Shown piece by piece: positions 41,291 to 55,480 of a stretch of DNA of 64,000 nucleotides. Position 1 is the stretch's first letter; every line of letters starts with the position of its first letter. The DNA comes from the human T2T-CHM13v2.0 reference genome, Homo sapiens. Position numbers and translations under genes: made by a program. Below the pieces are notes generated by a model. The model was not told the origin of the DNA, did no database searches, and saw only the letters and a program-made list of their open reading frames with translations. The stretch lies in the NCBI RefSeq assembly GCF_009914755.1, contig NC_060947.1; one strand, given 5' to 3'.

Positions 41291-44200
41291 GTAAGTTGTG
41301 ATGTTAGAAACATAAAATGTGGGAGGAGGGAGAGTCAAAGTGTTGAGTATATGCACACAATCAAATTTAAGTTATTATCAGCTTATAAAATGTTTTATGT
41401 AAGCCTCGGAGTATCCACAAAGCACAAACTTATAATACATACATGAATGATAAAAACAAAAGACCCAAAGTATACTACTACACAAAACCATCAAAACACA
41501 AAGGAAGACAGCAATAGAGGAAGAAAGGAACAAAGAATCTGTAAGACAACCAGGAAACAATGAACAAAATGACACTAGTAAGTCCTTACCCATCCATCAT
41601 TATTTTAAATGTAAATAGATTAAACTCTCCAATCAAAAGGCATAGAGTGGTTGAGTGGATTAACGACAACAACAAAAAACAAGACCCAAATATGTGCTGC
41701 CTACAAGTGGCTCATTTCACCTTAAAGGACATGCATAGACTGAAAGTAAAGGGATGAAAAAAGATACTCCATGTACATGAGAACAAAAAGAGAGCAGGGT
41801 AGTTACACTTACTTCAGACAAAATAATCTTTAGGTCAAATCTGTTCAAAGTGACAAAGAACATCATTATATATTGATAAAGGTTATTTCATCAAGAGGAC
41901 ATAACAAGTATATAAGCATCCCAAATCAGAGCACCTAAATATATAAAGCAAACATTAAGGGATCTGAAGGGAAACATAGCCTATAACATAATAATAGCAG
42001 GCAATTTCAATATTCCACTTTAAGCAATAGACAGAAAAATTCATAAGAAAACATTGGACTTGAATGACATTTTAGACCAAATGGACCTAACAGACATATA
42101 CAGAACATTGTGCCCTGAACAGTAGGAAAATACAGATTCTTCTCAAGTACACATGTAACATTCTCCAGGATAGATCATATGTTAGGCCACAGACAAGTCT
42201 CAACAAATTTAAGAAAACCCATCGTGTATCTTTTCTGACCACAATATAAAATTAGAAATCAATTACATGAGAAATCATATAAAATTAAGAAATATGTGGA
42301 AACTAAACAATATGCTCCTAAACAATTATTGGGTCAAAAGAAGAAATTCAAGAGGAAATTTTTTAAAAGTCTTGAGACAAACAGAAATGAAAACACAACA
42401 TAGAAAAACTTCTGGGGGTAGCAAAAGCAGTGCTAAGAGGGAAGTTTATATCAATAAATTCCTACATCAAAAAAGAAGAAATATCTCAAATGAAATACCT
42501 AACATTATACCTCAGGAAACTACAAAAAGAAGAATGAATTAAGCCCAAAGTTAGCAGAAAGAAGAAAATAACAAAGATCAGAGCAGAAATAAATGAAATA
42601 GAGACTAGAGAAACAATAGAAAAAAAGTCAATAAAACTAAAAGTTGGTTTTTTGAAAAGCTAAACACAATTGACAAATCCTTAGCTAGACTAAGAATGAA
42701 GAGAGCAGGCTCAAATAAATCAAATCAGAAATCAAAGAGAAGACATTATGACTGATAACACAGAAATACAAAGGATCCTAAGAGACTACGATGAACAATT
42801 ATATACCAAGAAATTGGACATCCTAACAGAAATGGATGAATTCTTAGAAATACATAATCTACCAAAACTGAATAATGAAAATTGGAAATCTGAAAAGACC
42901 AGTAACAGCTAAGGAAACAGTTAAGGAGATTGCATCAGTATTTAAAAGTTCTCACATCAAAGGAAAGCTCAAGACCAGATGGCTTCATGGGAGAATTCTA
43001 CAAACATTTAAAGAAGACCTAACACAAATCTTTCTCAAACTCTTTTGGAAAACTAAAGAGGAAGGGATTCGTCCAAATTTATTTTACAAGGCCAGCAATA
43101 CCCTGATCCCAAAGCCAGGCAAAGACACTACAAGGAAAGAAAACTATAGGCCAATATCACGAATGAAATTAGATGCAAAAATTCTCAATGAAATACTAGT
43201 GAACCATATTTAATAGTTTATTAGAAGGATTATTCACCATGACCAAGAGGGATTTATCCCTGGGATAGAAGGTTGTTTCAATATATGCAAATTAATAAAT
43301 GTGATTCAACATATAACAGAATGAAGTACAAAAACCGTATGATCATTTTAATAAACTCAGAAAGAGCATTTGACAAAATTCAACATCCTTTTATGAGAAA
43401 AACTCTTAGCAAATTAGGTATAGAAGAAATGTTCTCCAAAAGAATAAAAGCCATAAATTACAAGCCCACAGCTAACATCATGCACAACAGTAAAACGTAG
43501 AAGGCTTTTCTCTAAGATCAGGAGCAAGACAAAGATGCCCACTCTCCCCACCCTTGTTTAACTTAGTACTGGGAGTCCTAGCCAGAGCAATTAGGCAGGA
43601 GAAAGAAATAAAAGGCAACCAAACTGAAAAGGATGAAGTAAAATTGCCCCTTCTTGCTGATGACATAATCTTATACAGCAAATCCTAAGGACTCCACTGA
43701 AAACTGTTAGAATTCATACACAAGTTTAGTAAAGTTGCAGGGTACAAAATCAACTTACAAAAATCAGTAGCGATAACAATTGTTATTGTTTGTACAATAA
43801 CAACAAACTGTCTAAAATAGAAATTAAGGAAACAATCTCACTTATAATAGCATGAAAAAATATTTGGAGTGAATTTAACCAAGAAAGTGAAAGATCTGCG
43901 TGTTGAAACTATAAGACACTGACGAAAGAAATTGAAGATGACACAAATAAATGGAAAGATTTCTGTGTTCATAAATTGGAAAAATTAATATTGTTAAACA
44001 TAAAGCAATCTAAAGATTCGACACAATACTAACAAAATCTGCATATTGTTCTTTATAGAATTTTTTTTAAAAAATCCTAAAATTTGCATGGAACCACAAA
44101 AGACCCTGGATAGCCAAAGCTGTCTTTACTAAAAAGAATAAAATTGGAAGTATGTCACTACTGGATTTCAAAATGTATTACAAAGCTATAATAATCAAAA

Positions 44201-44777
44201 CAGCATGGCAAGTACATAAAAACAGACCAATGGAATAAGACAAAGAGGACTAAAATAAACCTACACACCTTTGATCAATTGATTTTTGACAAAGGTAGCA
44301 AGAACACACAATAGGGAGAGGACAGTCTCTTCAATAAATGGTATTGGGAAAACTGAATGTTCACATACAGAATAAAACTGGACCCTTATCTCACCCCTTA
44401 TACAAGAATCAACTCAAAATGGATTAAAGCCTTAAATGTAATACCTGAAACTAAAAACTACAAAAACATAAGAGAAGAGCTCCATGACATTGGTCTGGGC
44501 AGTGGTTTCTTGCATATGACCCCCAAACACAATCAACACAAAAATAGGTAAGTAAGATTGCATCAAACTAAAAAGCTTTGCACAGCAAAGGAAACAATTA
44601 ATGGAATAAAGAGACAACCCACAGATTGGGAGAAGATATTTGCAAATCATACATTAGATAAGGTGCTAATATCCAAAATATACAAGGAACTCAAGCTACT
44701 CAATAACAAGAAAACAAATAACCCTAATAAAAAAATGGGCAAATATATGAATAGACATTCTCAAAAGATGACAAACA

Positions 44778-44830
<53 letters not shown>

Positions 44831-46245
44831 TGTATAATACTCAACATCTCTAATCATCAAAAAATGCAAATTAAAATCACAATGAGATATCACCTCATAT
44901 CTTTTGGATTGGCTATTATCAAAAAGTTGAAAGATAACAAGTGTTCATGAGGATACAGAGAATAAGGAAACCTTATCCACTATTGGTAGTATTGTGAATT
45001 AGTAACGGCCTCCATAAAGACAGTATGAATGTTTCTCAAAATAATAAAAAGAGAATGACCATATGTTCCAGAAATCCCACTTCTGGGTACATACTCAAAA
45101 GAAAAGGAGGGAGTGTATTGAAGAGCTATCTGCACTCTCACATTGTTGTAGCACTGTTCACAACAGGCAAGATTTGGAAGCAAGCTAACTGTCCATCAAC
45201 ATGCGAATGGATACAGAAAATGTGGCTCATATAAATGATGCGGTACTATTTAGCAATAAAAAAGAATTATATCCTGTCATTTGCAACATCTTGGATGGAA
45301 CTGGAGGTCATTACATTAAATGAAATAAGCCAGTCACAGAACGAAAATCACTGCATGTTCTCACTTATTTGTGGGATCTAAAAATTAAAACTATTGAACT
45401 CATGGAGACAGAATAAAAGGATGGTTACCAGAGGCTACAAAGGGTAGTGTGGAGGTAGGGGATAGGTGGGGATTGTTAGCGGCTACAAAAAATAGTTAGA
45501 AAGAATGAGTAAGACCTAGTATTTGATAGTGCAACAGGGGGACTATAGTCAATAATAATTTAATTGTACATTAAAAAATAACTAAAAGTACAATTACATT
45601 GTTTGTAGCACAAAGGATAAATGCTTGACAGGATGGATGCCTCATTCTCCATGATGTGCTTGTTTCACATTACATGCCTATATCAAAACACCTCATGTAC
45701 CCCGTAAATATATATACCTACTATGTACCCCAAAAAATTAAAAATAAAAAAAAAATTTTAAAAACCTAGGAAATTCTGTCATTTGGAATAATAAGGATGA
45801 GCCTGGAGGACATTAGGTTAAGTGAAATAAACTTGGCACAGAGAGACACATATCATATAATCTCATTTGTATGTGCAGTTTAAAAAAAGTTGAACTCATA
45901 GAAATGGAGAGTATTATGGTGGTGATCAAAAGCTGCAGTGGTGGGTGGATGGAAAAATGAGAGACGTTTATCAATGGGTACAAAGTTCCAGTTAGACAGG
46001 AGGAATAAGTTCTGGTGTTCTTTTGCACAGCACAGGAACTATAGCTAATATTGTCATATTGTATATTTCCAAATAGCTAAAAAGGAGGATTTTAAATATT
46101 CTCACCACAAAAATGAGAAGTATTTGAGGTGATAGATATGCTATTAGCCTGATTTGATTATTCCACAATGTATATATATGGATTGAAACATCACAATGTA
46201 CCCCATAATATAGTTGTCGACTAAAAACGAAATAAAATTTTTAAA
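41291..46245 (+). mobile_element. Older L1MA5-8-like LINE (inter-ORF region, degenerate ORF2, 3'UTR) carrying an extra L1MA2-like 3' end at about 45080-45755
   Basis: ORF2 start remnant MTLVSPYPSIIILNVNRLNSPIKRHR in ORF 41560..41757; many stops; two successive 3'UTRs. Confidence 0.85.
44781..44820. repeat. (TA)20 microsatellite
   Basis: Direct read. Confidence 0.98.
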
Positions 46246-46850
46246 ATGAATATTATTTGAGTTGTAATTCCACTCCCAGGTGTATATCCAACAGAAATGC
46301 ATAGTTATTAATATATTCACCAAAAACCATGTACTAGACTGTTGATAGCATGGCTATGGATTGCAGAATTGTTGACAGCAATTTCCTCATGTTGGAAACT
46401 ACTCAATTTCTCATCTATATCAACATGTGTAAATACACTGTGGTATCAATAGAATATTATTCAGTAAGAAAAGTGAACAATCCACAACTACATACAATAA
46501 TATGGATGAATCTCACAAACATATTGTTGGGGGGAAAAATACAGCCACAGACAAGTAGATATGACTGTTCGATTCCTTCATATAATACACAAAAACAGGA
46601 AAAAGTAATAGAAAACTTTTGAAGTAAGGATAGTAGTCACCCTTGTGAAATGTTCATGACTGGAGAAGACATGAAGGGGGATCCTGAGCTTCTGGCTATA
46701 TTATATTATGTTTCTTGATTTGGATGCTATTTACACAGTTGCATTCTATTTATAGAAATTCACTCTTCTGCATATGGCTAGCCAGTTCTCCCAGCACCAT
46801 TTATTAAATAGGGAATTTGATTTGTGAAATATATTCTACATACAACTTTG
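46246..46850 (+). mobile_element. L1ME-like 3' fragment
   Basis: aattccactcccaggtgtatatccaacagaaatgc...tggatgaatctcacaaacata. Confidence 0.65.
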
Positions 46851-48019
46851 GACAATTCATCTTTTTTAAAAAAGGTGTCACGTGTGAAATATGTGTCATT
46901 TTGGCTGCTGTGAATAATAAAAGATGCAATCATTCTGCTACAAACACAATACGATTTTGACTGTACATTGATGTGACAAAGAACATTTCAGAAATTCTTA
47001 TTGGACAGTGAACTGGACTAGATTCACAGACACACATCAGCACATACAGACGAATCAAGCAGCTATTCTGCTATTTAATAAAAGAAACAAAGCAGTACAA
47101 TTGATTGTTATAGTAGTCCCAAGAGTAGACCCTGCAGAAATATATACAAAAGACAATTTTAGAAGTTTTAAATGTATTTCATTTTGTCAAGGAATGAAAG
47201 CAAATCTAAAATCTGAAGATCATCAGAGCGAAGCTGTTATCCTAAAAGTGGATCAGTGTGGTAGTCTGACATCATATAGACCTGGTAATTGTCCATAACT
47301 GAGCATCAATTTATACTACAGAATTTTACCACACTTGCGACACTTCACCCAGGAGACTGACAGATCAAAAACATATTATGGCAATGTATTTGGCCACTAG
47401 AGCCCATATTGTTAGATTTACATTTACACCAAATTCATCTGACATACAAAAGTGAAATAATAATAAAGTATATGCACATAAACCCAGACAATCTGTGCAT
47501 GTTTGTAATTGAAGAGCTACCCAATGTACACATTTTTTTTTTCTCACAAAGGTCCGTCATGGAAAGCTTCTCGACTAATTTGTGCAGTAAATAGATGTTG
47601 GGTAATAAAGGGAAATAAATAACCAATGCTAAGACTCAGGATGACAGACTGAGACCCAGCATGTGTCCTGATTTACGAACCTCCAGAAGTGTCAAATTGG
47701 AAACTCAGCAATCATGTCAAGAACCACAATATTGCAGAGAAAGAAACAGTTCAGTTGATTGAATACGAACCAATCTTTCACTTCAAGTTTTTTAGACTAG
47801 CTATGTTTAATTATCGATATACATTCTTGACTGATATAAATTCCCACAACATCTCTCTTAGGGAGGAATGTTATTTATACACAAGAAATGATTACCTTTT
47901 GAATACACATTGCTACAGAACAAAGAACAGTTCTGTTGCAATTTCTGCACTGACTGTACAGCACGAGAATTAGAAGTCTGTGTAACTGATTTTTAGAAAG
48001 CAACTTTGACTAGCAGTTA

Positions 48020-48190
48020 GTCTTGGGTTATAACCCTGGATTAGCGATGAAATAGTGGATTTAAATGGGAAAAGTTGATTTGCCACGATCTCAGTTTCCT
48101 CAACTCCCAAACTGAAATAATGACAACTGCAGAACCACAGAATTATTGTGAAGATAAAATTCAATAATGAATAAAAGCATAAAGGATCCT
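48020..48190 (+). mobile_element. MIR
   Basis: tctcagtttcctcaact...attattgtgaagataaa. Confidence 0.65.
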
Positions 48191-48499
48191 ACTAAAGCAA
48201 GGTGCTACTGCTTCTCTGTATAGACAAGACTAAACAATGAATTATAGTTATCAACAAACATTCACGATCTGCTAGGGAGTGCACACTATGGATCTCACTG
48301 ATCCCACAGAGTACGCCAGAGTTCCAGGTAGAAAATGCCAAGGTGAAAGGCTTAAATTGCAGGTAAATCTTTTGAGGTCATTTGAGTGAGTGAAGAGTGA
48401 CGGACATGACTAACTGTGGGCAACTCTAAAGGAAAAATGATCCCAATTGCAGTTAAGACAAAGATTTCTAAACTATTTGTTGGGATCAGGAAAAAGGGA

Positions 48500-48700
48500 G
48501 AAATAGCAGTAGACTGTTCTCCGAGGCTAAAACCATCAAAAAATGTTAGGCATGATCAAGAATGAAGCTGAAAACAAGGAAACCACCATTATTGTAACCT
48601 TGTACAAAGCTAGGACACAACTATACCTAGAGTAATGTAAGCATAACTCAATGTTTGACATACAAAGACATATAAGGAACTGAGGAAAGTCCAAATAATA
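48500..48700 (+). mobile_element. Possible CR1/L3 LINE remnant
   Basis: aaatgttaggcatgatcaagaa...ccttgtacaaa...cctagagtaatgt resembles the CR1 ORF2 3' region. Confidence 0.45.
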
Positions 48701-49689
48701 ACACAGATTATAAGGAATATTAAGATATGTCCCTTCTACTTCCACAAGGCATTTAAACAGGGTTCTGTGGAAGACCTATCTATAGTTAAGCTTTGCAAAA
48801 GAAGTTTCAACTCAAACCCACAAAGAGGAAGAAACATATATGCTAACCATGTAGCTAGTATGAACGGGCATTTTTTTTCACTTAGATATAGAAAAGGAGG
48901 AATGTGGTTGTTTTACAAATAGAGAATAAAGTATCTGAGATGTAACAGATCAAAAAGCTAAAAACAGAGGGGAGTTATTGGCACATAAATAAATCCTGGC
49001 CACTATGATGACCAAGTTGCTTTTTCTCTAAATCCCAAAAAGCTAGAATGCAGAAACAGCCAAGCATTTTGGTTAAGTTCATGGAAGCCAGACCCAGAAC
49101 AAATGACTAAATTTTAAAATTTTATAATATTAGCCTAACATTTAAGGTTAGTTTGGAACATGGAAAAGATCAACAGTTTAGTGCTATTTTCACACTGTTT
49201 ACTCCTCTATTATATGGGGATAATAACAAGAAAATTAATAATCTAGAAAGATAAAAGGAAATAATGTACACAAGGCACTGAGAAAAGTACCTGACCCCTA
49301 GACAGCTCTCAATTATAGGGGCGTAAATAGGCAATCGTGTACTTTGGTAACACTGTTGGACTTTTCTGGGGCTTCTTAAATCCTGAGTCATAAAGCAAAG
49401 GAGGATAGATTGGATGATCCCTGGAGATGTTTTCAGCTCTAACAGTTTGTGAAATACGTTTCTTGATGCCTCTGTCAGAGCTGAAAGCTCACCTTACAAG
49501 GTTTTTGTGAAGAACTCACCCAGCCCAGTGCCTAGATGAACAAATGACGTATCAATAGCCATACTGTTCCCCTGGATGGACCTTTGGTAAATTTCAACTT
49601 GGCAATCTTATGGTCATATATTCAGTCATGCTACATGTCAGTTAAAGGAAACTCAAGCCAACCTAAAAAATGTTCCCTCCTGTCTGGGC

Positions 49690-50060
49690 CAAGGCTATTT
49701 TTTTGTATCTTAAGAGAGGCATGTGTCACACAGGTATACCCATTCATCAAAACTCATTTCATAATACACATGAGATTTACACATTCTAGTCTATACAAAT
49801 TTTGCCACAAACAAACAAACAAAAGAAATGTGAACAAATATTGAGCTCTGGTTAATGACATGCATGTTGAAGAACTTAGGGGTAAAGGGAACCGATGTCA
49901 CCAACTTACTTTGAAGGGCATCAGAAAATAATAGGGGTTGGCGGGTAGAGAAAGAAGTAAAGTGATACAACAAAATCTAGAGAGTGGGTTCATGAGCACT
50001 CACTGTACAATTCTTTCAGCTTTCTGTGTATTTGAAAAATTTTAAAATAGAATGTTAGAT
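49690..50060 (+). mobile_element. L1MC/ME-like 3' end
   Basis: aacttactttgaa...cactgtacaattctttcagctttctgtgtatttgaaaatttt. Confidence 0.6.
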
Positions 50061-50073
50061 AAAATGTTCTCTC

Positions 50074-50373
<300 letters not shown>

Positions 50374-51902
50374 TCACAGAAAACACAAAGCAGTGTATTA
50401 TTTAAGCAGTTTTCTGAATCACTAACACCACTTTCCAATGAAGAAAAAAATACCATCTGTGGGATATGGAAGTTTAAAGATACTAAACAGAACTTATACG
50501 AGTGGAAATGGCAAAACGTTTTGCTCAAAGTCACAATGTGTATGGAGAGGAGTTGGAAATGGAATTTAGGCAGGTCTCTTAATTTTCTAATCAACAGACT
50601 GTCAAAGACCAGATTACCTCCTTAAAAGTATGCTGAATATTCTAATAGAGAAAATGAGTTAACCTTCTAAAGAAAGCTCATTCTCCTGTTTTGGTAATAA
50701 AACATAGGGAAGTATGTATTGCTTCCCATACGGAAAGATGAGCTGGGTGAGAGGAGGATTGGGTTTTTACCACTGGTTGGAGGATAATAGATTATGAAAA
50801 AATATCAACATCCAGTCATAATGAAACATGTAAGTTGTTTTATTAATTAAATAGGTGAATGCTGAAATGTGATATTATTTGATCACATTAAAATGAATAA
50901 TTTTTTTAAAAACATAATGACTTCTCTTTTGGGGGTGTTGGAAACTATTGCTTAAGATGAAAGCCTGAAGTTAGGAGAAAAGCTTGATGTATATCTATGC
51001 AAAAATATTTCAGTTTATCATCTTAGGTCACTTACAAGTCACAGAAAAGAAACTATCTAGATGTGATAATAGGCCTAACATATCATTAGATGATCCATCG
51101 GTCCAGCATCTCAGTCATTAACTAATTAAGTGCCAAATGTAGCAAATAAAGTACTAACAACTCAAAAGTGTTCAGCAAGAGTTCATTAAAGCGAAGCTAA
51201 AGGGGACCATTATAATTCTAGCACCACAGATTTATTACCATGTCACCAGCATGCAATGCACACAATAAAACTCATTCATCACTGTAAATTTGCACATCAA
51301 ATTTGATGCATTTGTTGGAATATAAATATTTTTAAAATCATGTAGAATAAAAAGCATTTTTTTCTCCCTTAGCACACACTGAATTTCATATCTACACCTT
51401 GCCACTTCAACTTTTACTTGATGAGTGCAGAAAACGGAAATTAACCCCGAAAAACAAAGTGGCCTCACTCTTATTTTTACAAGCATACTCCACCATCCAA
51501 CTATTCAAGTTAAGAAATAAAAATAAATGGAAAACAATTTCTTGAACAGAAACTATGGCTAAAAAGCACAATTCCATACATTGCTTACTGACAGAACTTT
51601 TCTGTATTTCAATTCTTCCTTACCTCCTTCTCTTCAGATTTAGGTGTCCCTCCTACCCATGCCTAATTCCCTCGCTGTACTCAATGTTCCAGTCTCTTCC
51701 ATCTTCTATGAGAAGTGATTCCATCTTTTACCCCTCCTATGTCTTCAATCTCCGTCTACAACCATGTTTATTTTAAGAAGAAAACAACCAAAACCAACCA
51801 AACAAAAGACAAAAGAGTATTATTTCCTTTGGTCCTACACCCCACCTGCGTCCCCTGATGGAAACCCTATGTCTTCCTCCTTTGTGGGAGAGTGGCTTAC
51901 AC

Positions 51903-52060
51903 CAGTGCTACTTAAAGGATGGTTTGTGTATGAGCAGCATCAGCATCACCTGATAACTTGTTAGAAATGCAGAATCTCAGGCTCCACTCTAGAGCTAATG
52001 AATCAAAATCTGCATTTTAAAATAAGATTTTTCAGGTGATTACATTTTGAGAAGCAATAG
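51903..52060. mobile_element. MER5A-like hAT-Charlie element
   Basis: gcagcatcagcatcacctg...ttgttagaaatgcagaatctcagg...gaatcaaaatctgcattttaa. Confidence 0.8.
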
Positions 52061-52787
52061 TCTATACCCACTATTTCCACATCCACACCTCACATACCCT
52101 TCTAAACCATTACGTTTTGGCTTTTGCCACTGAAATTACTTTTGTAGGTGATAGCAGTGACCTTAAAGTTGCTACAGTATTAGAGAGTCTAAAGTCTTTA
52201 TGTTTTCAGATATCCCTTCAGTACCTGCCAATTGACGAACCCTCTTTGAAACCTTCTCTTTTGATTAATATGGAAGATTCCTTCTTGGATTTTATTCTGC
52301 CTATTTGGCCACTCCTCACTCTCTTAGGCCCATTCCTTAAATGTTGCTATTCCCTAGGGGTCTCCCTTTGATCTTTTTGTTTTCACTTTACATATTCTCT
52401 CTGGTGAGTTCATGTATGTATATTGCTTCATTTACTATCTCTAAAATAATCAGAGTAAAATCTGTGTTTTAAGCTAAGAATTGTCTCTTGAACTCTGTAT
52501 CCATAGAGCCAAACGCCTACTAAATCTCTATGAAATAGCCAACATATCCAAACTGGATTACATCATCTTCATTCTTCCTCTCCCCTAATCACTGATACAC
52601 ATCTGTTCCTCTACTTAGTCACTGAAGGAGAAACATGCAAATTATCCTTCATTCTTCTTTCTTCCTTATACTTTAACCAAGAAGATGCCGAGTCACTTCT
52701 CCTTAATAGCTCTTCTGGCCTCTATATCATTCATCTCTCTCTTCCCTAGATTGCTTTAGTTAAAAGCCTCCTGATGGTCTCTCTAGT

Positions 52788-52963
52788 TCAGCGGAACACA
52801 ACCTTGTCTGTGCATTTGAATCAAGAGGGCTGCTTTAAAAACTACGAATGTCTGGGCCCTATTAAGGCTCTGATTTAACTGGTTTGGGGTGGAGTCCAAG
52901 TATTGGCATTTTTTTTAAACTCCCCCTAGTGATTCTAACGTGCAGCCAGGGATGAGAACCACT
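52788..52963. mobile_element. MER5-family element in the opposite orientation to 51903-52060
   Basis: ctgatttaactggtttggggtgg...gtgattctaacgtgcagccagggatgagaaccactg. Confidence 0.75.
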
Positions 52964-52965
52964 GA

Positions 52966-53275
<310 letters not shown>

Positions 53276-55194
53276 CAGAGAAGTCTTCTGAAGATGAAAA
53301 TCTTGGTCTTTCATCACTTATTAAATTTCCTTAATGTCATGCCTCCCACCCCACACTGCTTTCAGGATAGTATTAAAACTCTTTACCTGTCCTACAAGAT
53401 CTTTTATAACGTGGCCTTTGTCTACTTTTCTAGTTTCTTGGCTTCTGCTGCCTGTTGTGATGCCTATACTCCAGCTTTACAGCTACACAGGAAGGAGCCC
53501 TAGGTATGTACAATGTTACCACACACCTCACATTTGTCTAAGTATTTCACATGTATCTCACATGTGTCTATGCTTTCTCTCTGCCTACAATGCTCTCTGC
53601 CTTTTCAGTTTGCAGCACTCTGCTCAAAAGTCACTGCCACTAGTCAATTTTGTCCTGATAATTCCCTTTCACCCTATCAAAGCCTTGTTTACGTGCCATT
53701 CCATGCTACCTTGTGAGTTTCTCAAGTCATAACCAAGAACTTAAGTACTCATGTAAGTGTCCTTCCTACCCATGCCTAAACTGTAAAAGTGAAAATCATC
53801 ACAAATATGCAATATATAAACAAAATAAACACATACATTTAGTCAATGCTATGAAAATTAAGTATGTGATCAAATGTTTTGAAGAGTGAAAATGGGGCTT
53901 TTGTATTAAGGGGAAGATGAGGAAATGAATTGATGAAGTGTAGCCTGAACTGATTTCTTCAAATGCTTCTCCAGAAAAGCAAAAAGAGGAATAATAAAAA
54001 AAAAGATCAATGAATTCTGGTTCATTTAACATACATACTATATTATTAAGACAAACACAGGATCAGTGAAAATAAAATATATTTTAGACTAAAATGCTGG
54101 TAGAAAAACCAAAAAGGAAGGAGTATGAAAGACATAAGTTACCCTTCCTAGGCTCCATTTTCAGATATTTTTGATTGTTTAAACTTCAGCAATTCATGAA
54201 TGTTATAGTAAATGATTTGAAAAATGGGGAGATAAAAGTAATTCTTTCCTCGTTCCAATAATCCCCATTCAAGTAACAAAACAGCTTAATACAAAATATG
54301 TAAATTTATTTTTAATTTTTTTCTGATGACTTATCCTAAAAATCTACAAAATATGTAAATGAACTTTTAAAATTAGTATAGGAACTCTTACAATAGTACA
54401 GCAGCTCCTTAAATGCAATGCTTGGGTTTATGGGAAACAAAAAACACTCTGTCAATTGCTCCCACTGTTTTCATTTACCTCCTGGAAAATCATAACTATA
54501 CATCCAGAGAAGAAAGACCTGGAGAGAGACAATACCTTGGTGAAACATATGGCTACGAAATACAGGAACAGAATAGTATAATCACCTTAATTTTAAAGGG
54601 AAATTCTCCTGAAACAGAATTCCCATAGTAAAAGGAAAAAAAATTGAGGAATTTAAAATAAGGTAATCCATGTGAACAGTGCTTTGTAAACTGCAAAACT
54701 GTCAGCAAATAATAAGGTATGATTGTTATTTTCTTTAAAATAAGATACAGAATAGCATTTTGCCTATACTATTTGCAGCCAAGGGAAGATCCTATCCTTT
54801 TAAAACATATAAAACTAATGCTTTTTAACCCAAACAAAAAGACACACATACGTTGCCAGAACTTGGTCTCAAGCAAGACTATATTTTTCTAAGTTCTTTA
54901 ATAAATAAAGAGCCATTTGGTCATTCAATACTGATTTGTCTTTATATATTTGTTAATTATTTGTTCCTTTATGTATGCATTCATCACAAACTTTTTTATA
55001 ATCTCTTATATAACTGAGATTGAGTTAGGATGTATACAAAATCAAAGCTAAAAAAGAAGTAATAAACATTCTGTAAGTAAATTACATAATTGAGTATTCA
55101 CATGCCTTTGGAATCTATGCTTTCACGATAGACTCCACTTATTGAATGCATCACTAATTAAAAGGAAAAACTAAAAAAGAAAATTTTCATAGCT

Positions 55195-55480
55195 CCCAGT
55201 GGCCTTGTGAGTTATGGTAAAGATTTTGGTCTTCAACCTCAGTGCAATGGGAATCCACTGAAAGGTTTAAAGCAGGGAAGTGACACCGTCTAATCTGGGC
55301 TTGAAAACATTAGTCATGTTGCTAATTGGAGAGTAGATTGGAGGGGAGGGCAAAAAAGATGCAGAAAAACAGAGTAAGATGTTAGCATAGGAGTCCAGGC
55401 ACAGCCTGATGGTGGGTGGTAGATGGAAAGATAAGAAAAGATTAGTAAGATTTAGAAGATAAAATGTACAGGACTTTGCC
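55195..55480 (-). mobile_element. L2 fragment
   Basis: gtgcaatgggaatccactgaaaggtttaaagcagggaagtgaca. Confidence 0.7.
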
